A stretch of DNA of 63,920 nucleotides, counting the filler, from Theionarchaea archaeon (GTDB lineage: Archaea > Methanobacteriota_B > Thermococci > Methanofastidiosales > SZ-28-30), in the NCBI GenBank assembly GCA_018992565.1. It is 5 parts of 5 records of this genome, joined end to end, with 100 filler letters (N's around TTAATTAATTAA, not from the genome) between each part and the next. Parts side by side here need not be neighbours in the genome. Positions count along the whole stretch, not along the records: positions 13,351 to 26,532 come from JACVGW010000075.1; positions 26,633 to 39,376 come from JACVGW010000076.1; 3 more parts are not named here. The stretch is one strand, 5' to 3'. Below the pieces are notes generated by a model that saw only the letters and a list, made by a program, of their open reading frames with translations, did no database searches and was not told where the DNA came from. Of this stretch, positions 18,353 to 27,617 are shown in pieces. Made by a program: the position numbers and the translations under genes. The number at the start of each line of letters is the position of its first letter. The stretch's first letter is position 1.

Positions 18353-19661
18353 TCCTCAGCGAATCTACAAGAATATATCCTGTATCTGTATAGGTGGGAT
18401 AGACAAAGGACCTGTGAAGCTCCCTTTCTGTGCTGATTAAGCTCACTCTGGGAAGTAAATCCTCGAATGCCAGCCCAGAGATCATGCATCCTCTAACAGG
18501 AGTCGTTAACTCACCATTTTTGATGATAAATCCTGAGGTCACCCCGATGGAGAACAGGCCCGACTGTGACTTGGAGGCGTGAGAATTCGTTTCCTCCATC
18601 ACAAAGATACCATCCTGGACTTCAGTGATGAGCTCCTCCAGTGGTGCAGTCTCCCCTTTGACATCTAGTGATGTGGCACAGGGCTTGGGAGGATCCCTGA
18701 GATTCCGACCGCGATAGCGGCTGTATCTGACGCCCCCTGCTGTTGTTTCTCCATAGTAGGTGTCAAAAATAAAGGATTTAACACAGGCATCAGCCATGAG
18801 GTCCACTGACTGGGAGGGTATTCCTTCATCATCAAACTGACGTCCCTGAGGTCCTTCCACCAACGGATTCTCTCTGATGGTGAGGTGTTCTGCCGCAACT
18901 CTCTGTCCTATCTTCAGCGAAGAACGTCCCTCCTCCACATTATGCCCCAGGAAGGAAGGGACTGCTGCACACACCAGGAGGTTCGCAAATACCCGGGGAG
19001 CAAGCAATACTTTTTTCTCTCCCGATTCTGGTTTTACTTTTCCCAGCTGCCTCACAGCCTGCTGTTCTGCACGTTTCCCCATATCGTAAAAATCGAAATC
19101 ATATCCTAGTGAGTATCCGTACGTATAGCCCATGCCAGAATCACCATCTGCCGCTCTGCACATGACCCTGAGGGCAGCCAGTGAATCAGCACTCTTTTTT
19201 GAAATCCCCGATGTATTGGCAATTTCTATCTGAGAATATCCAAGCTGGCAGTCTATATTGGAGGCCACAATTCTCTGATCGTCTATAGCATCACAGACAC
19301 CCTTCATATCCTGAATAACCTGGTCTATTGATGTGTCTGCAACTGAGGTTCTATACAGGTTCAATGAGGGTGCGGGTCTTTCAGGGGGAAAAGATTTCCA
19401 TTTCTCATTCTCCTCTCGCTTCCTGGCCAGCGAGAGTGCTTCCTCCACTGCTTCTTTCCAGGATTGGGTGAAGTAAGAGAACCCCACCCTCCGGTCAACA
19501 ACAACTCTCAGTGCATACTCAGTAATCCTGGCCTGAAACACCTGCCTGGGCTCCCCCAGTTCAAACCTGGCATACGCATAGTCAGATTCTTCGCGCACCA
19601 CCTCTGCTTCATTGGCTCCTTTCTTCTCAGCATACGCCAGTATCTTATCGACCTCGGCCAC
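18342..19661 (-). CDS. TldD/PmbA family protein, PmbA/TldE-type subunit
   Basis: FDDEGIP, GFIIKNGEL, no HExxxH motif. Downstream of tldD. Confidence 0.85.
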   Translation of the reverse strand: MAEVDKILAYAEKKGANEAEVVREESDYAYARFELGEPRQVFQARITEYALRVVVDRRVGFSYFTQSWKEAVEEALSLARKREENEKWKSFPPERPAPSLNLYRTSVADTSIDQVIQDMKGVCDAIDDQRIVASNIDCQLGYSQIEIANTSGISKKSADSLAALRVMCRAADGDSGMGYTYGYSLGYDFDFYDMGKRAEQQAVRQLGKVKPESGEKKVLLAPRVFANLLVCAAVPSFLGHNVEEGRSSLKIGQRVAAEHLTIRENPLVEGPQGRQFDDEGIPSQSVDLMADACVKSFIFDTYYGETTAGGVRYSRYRGRNLRDPPKPCATSLDVKGETAPLEELITEVQDGIFVMEETNSHASKSQSGLFSIGVTSGFIIKNGELTTPVRGCMISGLAFEDLLPRVSLISTERELHRSFVYPTYTDTGYILVDSLRITA

Positions 19662-21015
19662 CTATCATCACCTCCCGCAGTCTGATCTTGGGTACCAACC
19701 TCCCCTGGTAGTCCATCTGTCCTTTACCGCATCCCCCAGATGCCACATCCACCTCTTTTCCCACTGCATCCACCTTTTTCATGGTCTCCAGGATGTTGCC
19801 TGAAAGGGAACATCCCCGTAAATACTTGCCCAATTCACCATGAGCAATCTCCCGCGTGTACTGTGTTCCGAATGAGAAGGTACCCTCGCCCACATTGACC
19901 TGTCCGCCTGCAGAATCTCCCAGGAAGAGACCATCTCTCACATCCAGGAGCTCTGAAAGGGCATACTCACCCGGATCAAGAAGAGTATTCCCCTGGCGCA
20001 CAATGGGAGTCCTTGAGAAGTATTCTGCCTTGCAGTGGCCTGTCAGGGGGGCATCAAGAAGAGCAGCAGTCTCCCTGGAATGCAAGTAGGACTTAAGGAT
20101 TCCTTCCCTGATTACCGTGGTAGGCCGGGCAGCAACCCCCTCGTGGTCATATGGGCTGAACCCCATCAATTCCTGCGTGGGGTCGTCCCTCATGGTGATA
20201 CAATCTGCTGCAACTCTTTCCCCAATCCTCCCTGCCAGTATAGACTCATTGGAGACTACCAGATCAGCCTCCACTGCGTGACCACATGCTTCATGCAATA
20301 AGGTGCCAGTCAGCGTGTTGCTCAGGACGCAGTCCATGACTGATGAAGGAGAATGTTCTGCCTCAACCAGGATATCTGCCTCCCGGGCCAGCTGCGCTGT
20401 GGTTTCCATAATGTGGTTTTCATTGGCCAGCAGATACTCCATTCCTCCCACACCTCCCCAGGTTTGTGCCCGTGACTCAATACTTGCTCCTTCCTTGCAC
20501 GTCATGCTGGCCCTGAGATAGATGCGATCTATCCTGGTGGTAACCCTTCTTCCTTCTGACGTTGAAATATGTATGAACCGCTCAAAGGCAATGAGACTGA
20601 TACTGAGAGAGGAAATTCTCCTGCTCTGTTCATAAGCTCTATCCTCCATGGAAGCCAAGAATTCTGTAACATCTTCATCAACAACCCTCTTCCTGGCCTT
20701 TTTCTCCACAGTGACTGTTCCAGCCTCTGTCTCTTTGACAGTAACCTCGTTCTTCCGGGTTTGAGCCCTCGCCGACTTCATTACCCTGTCCAGAAGAGAA
20801 GGAAGATCAGATTCAGATGTTACCATGCCAGTCCCCCAGGACCCATTGACCAGGCATCTCAGGCAGAACCCTTCATTTATCTGTACCTCAGTGCTGTTGG
20901 TCTTTCCATTTTCCCGAATCACTGTATAGACTCTCTTATTATCGTGACGAAGATCAGCATAGGTTGCACCCCGTGCTGAAGCTTGATCAACAATACTCAT
21001 TGCTGCCGTTTTCAT
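19645..21015 (-). CDS. tldD: TldD-type metalloprotease subunit
   Basis: LLHEACGHAVEAD (HExxxH), YDHEG, GGQV, C-terminal GCGKGQ. Confidence 0.88.
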   Translation of the reverse strand: MKTAAMSIVDQASARGATYADLRHDNKRVYTVIRENGKTNSTEVQINEGFCLRCLVNGSWGTGMVTSESDLPSLLDRVMKSARAQTRKNEVTVKETEAGTVTVEKKARKRVVDEDVTEFLASMEDRAYEQSRRISSLSISLIAFERFIHISTSEGRRVTTRIDRIYLRASMTCKEGASIESRAQTWGGVGGMEYLLANENHIMETTAQLAREADILVEAEHSPSSVMDCVLSNTLTGTLLHEACGHAVEADLVVSNESILAGRIGERVAADCITMRDDPTQELMGFSPYDHEGVAARPTTVIREGILKSYLHSRETAALLDAPLTGHCKAEYFSRTPIVRQGNTLLDPGEYALSELLDVRDGLFLGDSAGGQVNVGEGTFSFGTQYTREIAHGELGKYLRGCSLSGNILETMKKVDAVGKEVDVASGGCGKGQMDYQGRLVPKIRLREVMIGGRGR

Positions 21016-21220
21016 TGCAGCATTAAAAGGGTTTGCTCATTCCTGGACAGTTCCTGTGCAGGCTGATTCTCAGGCACTTCAACTATTACGAAAATCAGAA
21101 GAAAGCTCACTCACCATATAAATAAGTTACTTTGAGAAGATATCAGAGAGTAGACTAATCTGTCAGCAGTGGACACCATAACAGAAGGAACCAGTAACCG
21201 TACCACTGTCAGAAGACTGG

Positions 21221-22000
21221 TCACTGTTCAGGGAGCCTCAACTGTCTTGAAGCCGGGATTTCGCCTTCCACCTCACATGCAGATGTCCCTATCCCCTTTT
21301 TCTCAGCCAGCACCAGGTGCGAAATCGTCTCTGGATCAATTCCCACTGCTCTGCAGGCACAAGAATCAACAGCTACCGGGTCTTTCCCTGCCAGCACCAG
21401 ATCCAGTTCCACCATATTCCCTTCAAGAGGGCCCTGCCCTTCCATAGCATAAAACCCATCCAGCAGGTAATAGTGGCAGGGGAATATACTATTTGCATCT
21501 ACAATTATTCTGTCCAGGAACTTGTGAAAAATTCTCTTATCAGGGAAAGGTATCAACCCATACTGGTTCTTCACCGCTCCTGTATAGACGGTAAGAACAT
21601 GGGTTTTTAGTTTCGCAAAAGAAATCAGTACGCTCTCTTTGAGAATGTCAGGATATGCAAACGACTTGAAAAAGGTGGTATTCTCCGGATAGATAGTGGT
21701 ACAGTGGGTCTCAGATGTATTGATGAGTTCTACGTCCAGGGAGTGGTACCCAAAAGCATCATATGTGTCCCAGATACGTCGCATGTCTGTGTCTGATTCT
21801 ACAATCATAATCTTTCCCGGAGAGAACTCAGCAATGTAGTCAACAAGCCATGTCATAAACTGGAAATCTGTACAAGCTTCCTCCTTCTGGATGCCCAGGT
21901 TAGGTTTTATCGCCACTGTCGATCCTTTTTCAATATACAAGTCTGCAACAGCCTCTGTGAAAGCTTTTCTTTTGTCCTTTTCCTGGACAACGGTGACCAT
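21221..22000 (-). CDS. DUF362 domain protein
   Basis: Motifs VAIKPNL, AKLKTH, TGAVKNQYG, AMEGQGP and DPVAVD. Confidence 0.88.
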   Translation of the reverse strand: MVTVVQEKDKRKAFTEAVADLYIEKGSTVAIKPNLGIQKEEACTDFQFMTWLVDYIAEFSPGKIMIVESDTDMRRIWDTYDAFGYHSLDVELINTSETHCTTIYPENTTFFKSFAYPDILKESVLISFAKLKTHVLTVYTGAVKNQYGLIPFPDKRIFHKFLDRIIVDANSIFPCHYYLLDGFYAMEGQGPLEGNMVELDLVLAGKDPVAVDSCACRAVGIDPETISHLVLAEKKGIGTSACEVEGEIPASRQLRLPEQ

Positions 22001-22138
22001 CAGGTAGTACTCTGATAGTGATATAAAAAGGTTAGGTGTGTGGGTATAGCCTGGCCTGTCTCCATCGAATGGGTACAGTGCTAAGATTATGGGCAGAGCT
22101 GAGAAAACCTTTTTAAAACTCCAATTGCGAGATGAATC

Positions 22139-22585
22139 ATGGAAAATGAAGCGCAGATTCTGGGGACTGCTTTAGAATTGGAAGAAAAGGGATTCAAATT
22201 TTACTCTGAAGCAGCGAAAAAAACAGAAAATGAAACTGGCAAGAAAATATTTGCTCGATTAGCCAAAGAAGAACAGGAACATATTGAAAGCCTCCGGGAG
22301 AAGTTTTCTACGTTGTATCCAGAAAAAAAGCACAGAGATATACCTGTCTTTGAGGTTAAAGTTTCCATGTATTCAGGAGAAGTAGAAGCCCTCAAGACAG
22401 GGAGAGATATGGAAAAAGAATCCATCGCATTCTATTCTGAATGGGCCAGAGGAACCTTACAGCCGCTGTTCGCCTCATTGATTGAATTCGAGAAGAACCA
22501 CCTTGAGCTCTTAGAGGCAGAGCTGGATTATGTATTGAAGACTGGATACTGGTTCGACTATTTCGAATCTTCACTTGAAGACTAG
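22139..22585 (+). CDS. Ferritin-like/rubrerythrin family protein
   Basis: ALELEEKGFKFY, LAKEEQEH, MEKESIAFY, FEKNH (di-iron ExxH pattern). Confidence 0.85.
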   Translation: MENEAQILGTALELEEKGFKFYSEAAKKTENETGKKIFARLAKEEQEHIESLREKFSTLYPEKKHRDIPVFEVKVSMYSGEVEALKTGRDMEKESIAFYSEWARGTLQPLFASLIEFEKNHLELLEAELDYVLKTGYWFDYFESSLED

Positions 22586-22610
22586 AACCCGAAATGAAAC
22601 GTGAGAGAGT

Positions 22611-23690
22611 ATGAGCTCTGTTCTTGTCCTTGATGCGGAATATCCTGTCACCAGAAGCACAATGGAAGCTGTTTTTTCTCATTTTACACCTCCTGTGAGC
22701 AGGACATTGGTAAAGCCCAACCTGCTGGGAGGATTTGAATCCCACCGACATGTCACCACGCACCCATCGCTCATTCAGGCATTAGTTGAGTATTTCGAAC
22801 AGCATGCCATTCCTTTTACAGTGGGTGATAACCCTGCAGGCAAGAGAAACCTTATAGAACGGGCAAAAAAAGCAGGTATCTACCAGGCCAGTAAAGGCCA
22901 TTTTGAGGACATTTCAGAAGGTAAGAGAATCACTATTGAGTCAGATTTCTTTTCTGAACTAGTCGTGTCAAGAAAAGTGCTGGAATCCCCTTATATTGTG
23001 AATGTCCCAAAATTCAAGACCCATATACAGACTATCATTACCGGTGCAGTCAAGAACATGTTTGGTATCCTCCCCGGGGAAGAGAAATCAATGGTACATT
23101 GTGCTGCGCGTTCTCTGACTCACTTTTCCCGGGCACTGGTGGACATTTATGCTCTGCGTCCTCCCGACCTGAGCATCATGGACGCAGTCATGGTCATGGA
23201 AGGAAACGGGCCTTCTTCAGGGAATCCCCGGCACCTGGGAAAGATACTGGCTTCAGACAATGCAGTAGAACTCGATGCTGTCATGGCCTGGATGATGGGC
23301 CTCAGCCCTCATGATGTTCCCATGCTTGAATACGCACACCACCGGGGATTGGGCGCCATCGATGTTGACAAGATAGATGTAAGAGGAGACATTCAGAAAA
23401 TACCTCATTTCAAAGTGCCCTCCAGGAAGCTGGTCACGTTCATTACCCCGGTGAGTTCCCGGTACTACGACTTGCTGGCAGTGAAACCCGCGCTCAACAG
23501 GACAAAATGCACGCAATGCTATGAATGTGTTGAGAAATGTCCGGTATCAGCCCTGCAGCGAAATGAATATCCTCATATTAACAGGAAAAAGTGTGTGTCC
23601 TGCTTCTGTTGTGTAGAAGGCTGCGAAAATCAGGCCATGGAGGTGCCTTCCAGGGCAAGAGACCTATTTAACAGACTTCTCAAAATGTAA
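22611..23690 (+). CDS. DUF362 protein with C-terminal 2x[4Fe-4S] ferredoxin domain
   Basis: LVKPNLL, PKFKTH, MEGNGP, then CTQCYECVEKCP and CVSCFCCVEGC. Confidence 0.9.
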   Translation: MSSVLVLDAEYPVTRSTMEAVFSHFTPPVSRTLVKPNLLGGFESHRHVTTHPSLIQALVEYFEQHAIPFTVGDNPAGKRNLIERAKKAGIYQASKGHFEDISEGKRITIESDFFSELVVSRKVLESPYIVNVPKFKTHIQTIITGAVKNMFGILPGEEKSMVHCAARSLTHFSRALVDIYALRPPDLSIMDAVMVMEGNGPSSGNPRHLGKILASDNAVELDAVMAWMMGLSPHDVPMLEYAHHRGLGAIDVDKIDVRGDIQKIPHFKVPSRKLVTFITPVSSRYYDLLAVKPALNRTKCTQCYECVEKCPVSALQRNEYPHINRKKCVSCFCCVEGCENQAMEVPSRARDLFNRLLKM

Positions 23691-24104
23691 TGTACACACT
23701 GGATCTCCCTGACACATGGAGGTCTCAAAGGTTATCGTATAGGGAGCCTTGTACTCTTTTGCCCATTCATTGTACAGCATGGGACAGATGGCAGCCCCCA
23801 CTCTTCCAGCCGTGTTTTCTCTCCCTGAGCTTTTCATAATCTCCCACCAGGGACAGAGTTCAATGATCACGCTGTATTTTTCCAGCCGGTACGTGTATTC
23901 CTCAGAATCCCACTTGAGTCTCAGGCTTTCAAAAAAGTCTTTTCCCAGTTTCATTGCAGTCCTGGCCTGGATCTTGGCCATGATCTTCCATACTCTCTTG
24001 TCAAGTTCCAGAGCGTACTCAAAGGAACTCTCCTCTTCAACCATTATGAACCATAGACCATCTAATGCGAAATAGGATTTCTTGAAATAGTCGAGACTGT
24101 CCAT
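23664..24104 (-). CDS. DUF6125-like / V4R-related protein
   Basis: ALDGLWF, CPWWEIMKSSGR, ICP, SMCQGDPVC. Confidence 0.65.
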   Translation of the reverse strand: MDSLDYFKKSYFALDGLWFIMVEEESSFEYALELDKRVWKIMAKIQARTAMKLGKDFFESLRLKWDSEEYTYRLEKYSVIIELCPWWEIMKSSGRENTAGRVGAAICPMLYNEWAKEYKAPYTITFETSMCQGDPVCTLHFEKSVK

Positions 24105-24358
24105 GGTGTGGGTTGACGTTTGCTCTTTTAATTGTTTGGGTTGGTCCCAGAATAAGATAACCCCGCGCGCAGAGTGTGGGGGTAAGTGTCACTACTTCAC
24201 CGCTTCTTGCAGTCCAGCTGCCAGGATCAGAATCAATACATTCTTATGAATCAACGCTTTAGTCAGACAGAGTGAGTGACTTCACCTGTCGACCTCAGAG
24301 AACCTGGGTGATACAACACATGAAACGTGGCCCAGGAGAAGACTGGAGGATGATGACA

Positions 24359-24796
24359 ATGAGTTATGAGAGAATGTTGGATGGAGAAACTGAGCCCACT
24401 CAGGATGACATGCTCAATACTGTTGGAGAATGTGCAGGACTGTGGCTGGATCTCCTGGAGTACCTTGAGACTCATTATGATCATGTCCCGGAACTTGATT
24501 TCGGAGGAAAGAAGTATGGTTGGGGAATACGATATCGCAAGAGTGGAAAAACACTTATCACGCTTTTGCCTGAGACAGGAGCATTCACAGCCTTGGTTGT
24601 CCTCGGTGGAAAGGAAATGGAAAAAGTGCAGGCTCTGCTGGATGAATTGAGTCCAGAAGTGCGCACACTGATAGAGAATACACAGCAGCTTCACGATGGC
24701 CGCTGGCTGTGGATCAGACCACGTTGTGAAGCAGATATTACATCAATAAAGGCCTTGCTAGGTACGAAACGTCGACCAAGAGAAGGAAAACACTGA
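24359..24796 (+). CDS. DUF3788 family protein
   Basis: GGKKYGWGIRYRKSGKTLITL and HDGRWLWI. GGAGGA SD upstream. Confidence 0.8.
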   Translation: MSYERMLDGETEPTQDDMLNTVGECAGLWLDLLEYLETHYDHVPELDFGGKKYGWGIRYRKSGKTLITLLPETGAFTALVVLGGKEMEKVQALLDELSPEVRTLIENTQQLHDGRWLWIRPRCEADITSIKALLGTKRRPREGKH

Positions 24797-25121
24797 AAAG
24801 GATTGTTGGCTGTGCTGTCACCTTTTCTTTTCAATGCAACAAAGAGAAAAGAAACCTTCATGGGGGATGGGAAATCCGTCCACTGCGGAGATCATAGACC
24901 GGCAAAGTCACATCCAGATTCCAGCAAATGAAATGATGATGCCGACCTGTGGAAGCAGAAGGCATTTCTGGAGAACTCATCAAGGACATCCAAGAGTCTA
25001 TAGGTGGCATGCATCTGGCGACTGCTGGAAAGCAGACCACGCCTTTCCTTTCTATCCCCAGCCATAAAGACTTTAAATGCAACTCCTCTCGATACAGCAA
25101 CAAGAAACAGGAAGTGAAATT

Positions 25122-25265
25122 ATGACGCTAGAAGCAGGAGAAAAACCTGGAAAAGGAAAATACAAATGCACGAATTGTGCCGAAGTCATTACGTTAGAGA
25201 ACGCATCAGATGCCTTGCCTGAGTGCCCGGCGTGCACCCAAACAGAATGGAAGAGGCAGGAGTAA
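25122..25265 (+). CDS. 47-aa zinc-ribbon protein
   Basis: GEKPGKGKYKCTNC...LPECPAC, followed by a T-rich tract. Confidence 0.8.
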   Translation: MTLEAGEKPGKGKYKCTNCAEVITLENASDALPECPACTQTEWKRQE

Positions 25266-25689
25266 TTCTATTCATTTCCTCTTTTTTTCTTTCAGCATGA
25301 TCTCAAAGGCCATTGGGTTGGACTTTCAACTTCTTCATTCTTGCAATCCGCGCAGTTCACTCATGTCAGCCCCTCTGTGAAGGAGCTGGACATCAGCCCA
25401 GCTCCCAGGTGATATCGCCTTCCGCAAAATCTGTGCATCGCTCTGCATACAGACGTCACAAGGTGACAGTCTTTCAGGTCAGCCCCAGCAAAAGAGGGCG
25501 ACATCTATCTTCCATAACACTGAATATCAATATGATGGGAATTTATGTGCGCATTTCCCCACTGAGAGTGATTTGTGCCAAGAGCTTGGCGAATGATTAT
25601 AGACCCCTGTCTTTCTGAATCAAGAAATGTGTGAACATTTATAAACCCAGCCAGCAAAGAAGGCAAAACAATAAAATGAGGTTGATAAA

Positions 25690-25935
25690 ATGGATGTACT
25701 AACCCTTGTGAATCTGGTCCTCTGTATCATCATCGCAGCTCTGGGATACTGGGCTTTCAAGAAAAGCAGCGATTCAGTACCCCTCTACATTGGGATTGCC
25801 TTTGGGCTCTTTGGTATATCACACCTGTCATTTCTTTTGGGGCTGAGGGATACCCTCGAAACCCCGCTAATTGTTGTCAGGTTGCTGGCATACTTGGTCG
25901 TGATTTTTGCCCTGTACAAGGTAGTCAAGAAATAG
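25690..25935 (+). CDS. Small 3-TM membrane protein
   Basis: 81 aa, hydrophobic. GAGGTTGA SD, TTTATAAA upstream, T-rich tract downstream. Confidence 0.8.
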   Translation: MDVLTLVNLVLCIIIAALGYWAFKKSSDSVPLYIGIAFGLFGISHLSFLLGLRDTLETPLIVVRLLAYLVVIFALYKVVKK

Positions 25936-26010
25936 ATATTCTCTTTTTCTCTCTTTTCTCTTTTTTTTAGGTGAACCTCTGGAAATGGTATTATTCTGTT
26001 CTGAAATGCC

Positions 26011-26532
26011 TTAGGGAATCCCTTGTAACCCCGTATTTGCCAGGTCTTTCCTCCAGTAGCATTGAACCAGAGCATGTGCTTCGCTCTTAATGATTCCTCT
26101 CTTGAGAAGCTCTCTAACAAGGAGCGGGATGTGTAACCTGTTGATGTCCTGCATTGCGTAGTCATCACTTTTCATGGAACCTCTGTCCAGCCAGACATCC
26201 AGAAAGAGATATTTTGAGACCCTGTAGAACCAGGTAGTGGTAGGCAGGTGAGAGAATAACTCAATGACGAAATCTTCGTAGTCAGTCTCCACCATGAAAA
26301 CATAAGGATCATACGCTGCGACGGTCTCCGGGAAGTAGGACGTGAAAATGGTGCAGCATTCAGGGAGACGTTCCAGCCACTGGTAGGCATTTCCGCTCCA
26401 AATGTTATGTTTTTCCTTGACTACGGGCTCTAACGGTTTCCTGAGATCGTACTTCAGTTCTCTGAACAGGATTTCATCTGTCTCACTCCATTCTGCAGAT
26501 TCTGACCAGTGAGTATTGATGAATCCGCGGGG
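26011..26532 (-). CDS. Divergent Lrp/AsnC-like protein, C-terminal part (5' truncated at scaffold end)
   Basis: The frame is open from the scaffold edge. WSETDEILFRELKYDLRKPLEPVVKEKHNIWSGNAYQWLERL resembles an AsnC-type HTH. Paralog of 5443-5652. Confidence 0.6.
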   Translation of the reverse strand, partial: PRGFINTHWSESAEWSETDEILFRELKYDLRKPLEPVVKEKHNIWSGNAYQWLERLPECCTIFTSYFPETVAAYDPYVFMVETDYEDFVIELFSHLPTTTWFYRVSKYLFLDVWLDRGSMKSDDYAMQDINRLHIPLLVRELLKRGIIKSEAHALVQCYWRKDLANTGLQGIP

Positions 26533-26632
26533 NNNNNNNNNNNNNNNNNNNNNNNNNNNNNNNNNNNNNNNNNNNNTTAATTAATTAANNNNNNNNNNNN
26601 NNNNNNNNNNNNNNNNNNNNNNNNNNNNNNNN
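26533..26632. other. Artificial scaffold linker
   Basis: N44-TTAATTAATTAA-N44. Confidence 0.98.
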
Positions 26633-26661
26633 GTATGTACTACACCTTAGCAAGTATCTGA

Positions 26662-27354
26662 TTAATGAATGCTTGTCATAATCCGCATCTCACCAGTCTC
26701 TTTTCTCAACTGTTCAAAGAAATTCTCCATAAAGTCTATCCTCTCTTTGGCAATCTTTCTTGCCTTTGCCGTGTAGAGGACATCAGGGATATGCTTGAAC
26801 TTTGTCTCAAATTCAATGTTGGGAGCATGCTTTCGAAAATCCTTGATTCTCCCAAGGCGTGTTCCGCCTACTGCATTTTCCCTGAGATATGCATCAAGAG
26901 GTGTATCCACGTACACACGTTCGTTATATTTTCCAGCCACCATGAAAGACCGCCCAACTCCTACTGCTCCCAGAACATCCAGTTTGTCTGCATCAAAGAG
27001 AATTTGAGCTTCTCTTGTCTGAGGTGTACAGCTGCTTCTGAACCGATGCGCAGCTATACAGTGTTTTATCCTCTCTCGTTTCTCTTCAGGGTAACACAGC
27101 TCTTTGAGGATCTCTTCCGCCATTTTTGCCCCCAGGAGAGCATGATCTGTCTCCCTGAATTTATCTTCATCCTCTTTGACCCGGGCAATATCATGCAGTA
27201 ATGCAGCCGATTTCAAGACATCCAGATCCACGGACTCACCCTGTGCAAGGTACAGACACATGTCAGTAACCCTCAGGACGTGTTCCATGTCGTGTGCTGA
27301 GCAGGACAGCTCTGCTTCAACCCGCTGTTTCATTTTTTCATACTTCTGCTCCAT
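26662..27354 (-). CDS. HD domain phosphohydrolase
   Basis: Motifs AHDMEHVLRV, ALLHDIAR, AHRF and DADKLDVLGAVG. Confidence 0.92.
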   Translation of the reverse strand: MEQKYEKMKQRVEAELSCSAHDMEHVLRVTDMCLYLAQGESVDLDVLKSAALLHDIARVKEDEDKFRETDHALLGAKMAEEILKELCYPEEKRERIKHCIAAHRFRSSCTPQTREAQILFDADKLDVLGAVGVGRSFMVAGKYNERVYVDTPLDAYLRENAVGGTRLGRIKDFRKHAPNIEFETKFKHIPDVLYTAKARKIAKERIDFMENFFEQLRKETGEMRIMTSIH

Positions 27355-27617
27355 ATTGAACTGAATACTCTTCCTCTTTTAAGTGTGAGGTACTCTTGTT
27401 TTCAGTGGGACTGAGATTACGGAAACTCACGCATATTGCAAGTACCCCTCCACGGGAAATGAAACATCCTCTTTGTTACCATTGATGGAACATTGATAGA
27501 GAACAGCACAAAAGGAATTCCTTGATTCAGAGTCCCCCCCAAATCAGATGGCACAATTTCACACTCTTTCACAAAAAGGTTTATTAAGGATGACTCAAAG
27601 ACACTACATACTGAGAG

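Noticed and set aside
18342..21015. TldD/PmbA as a physical part of the RiPP cluster
   Set aside because: Separated from it by an artificial scaffold linker, so there is no evidence of linkage.
24797..25620. ORFs 24834-25067, 24858-25103 and 25313-25618
   Set aside because: No motifs or SD. They may be decayed sequence but cannot be supported.
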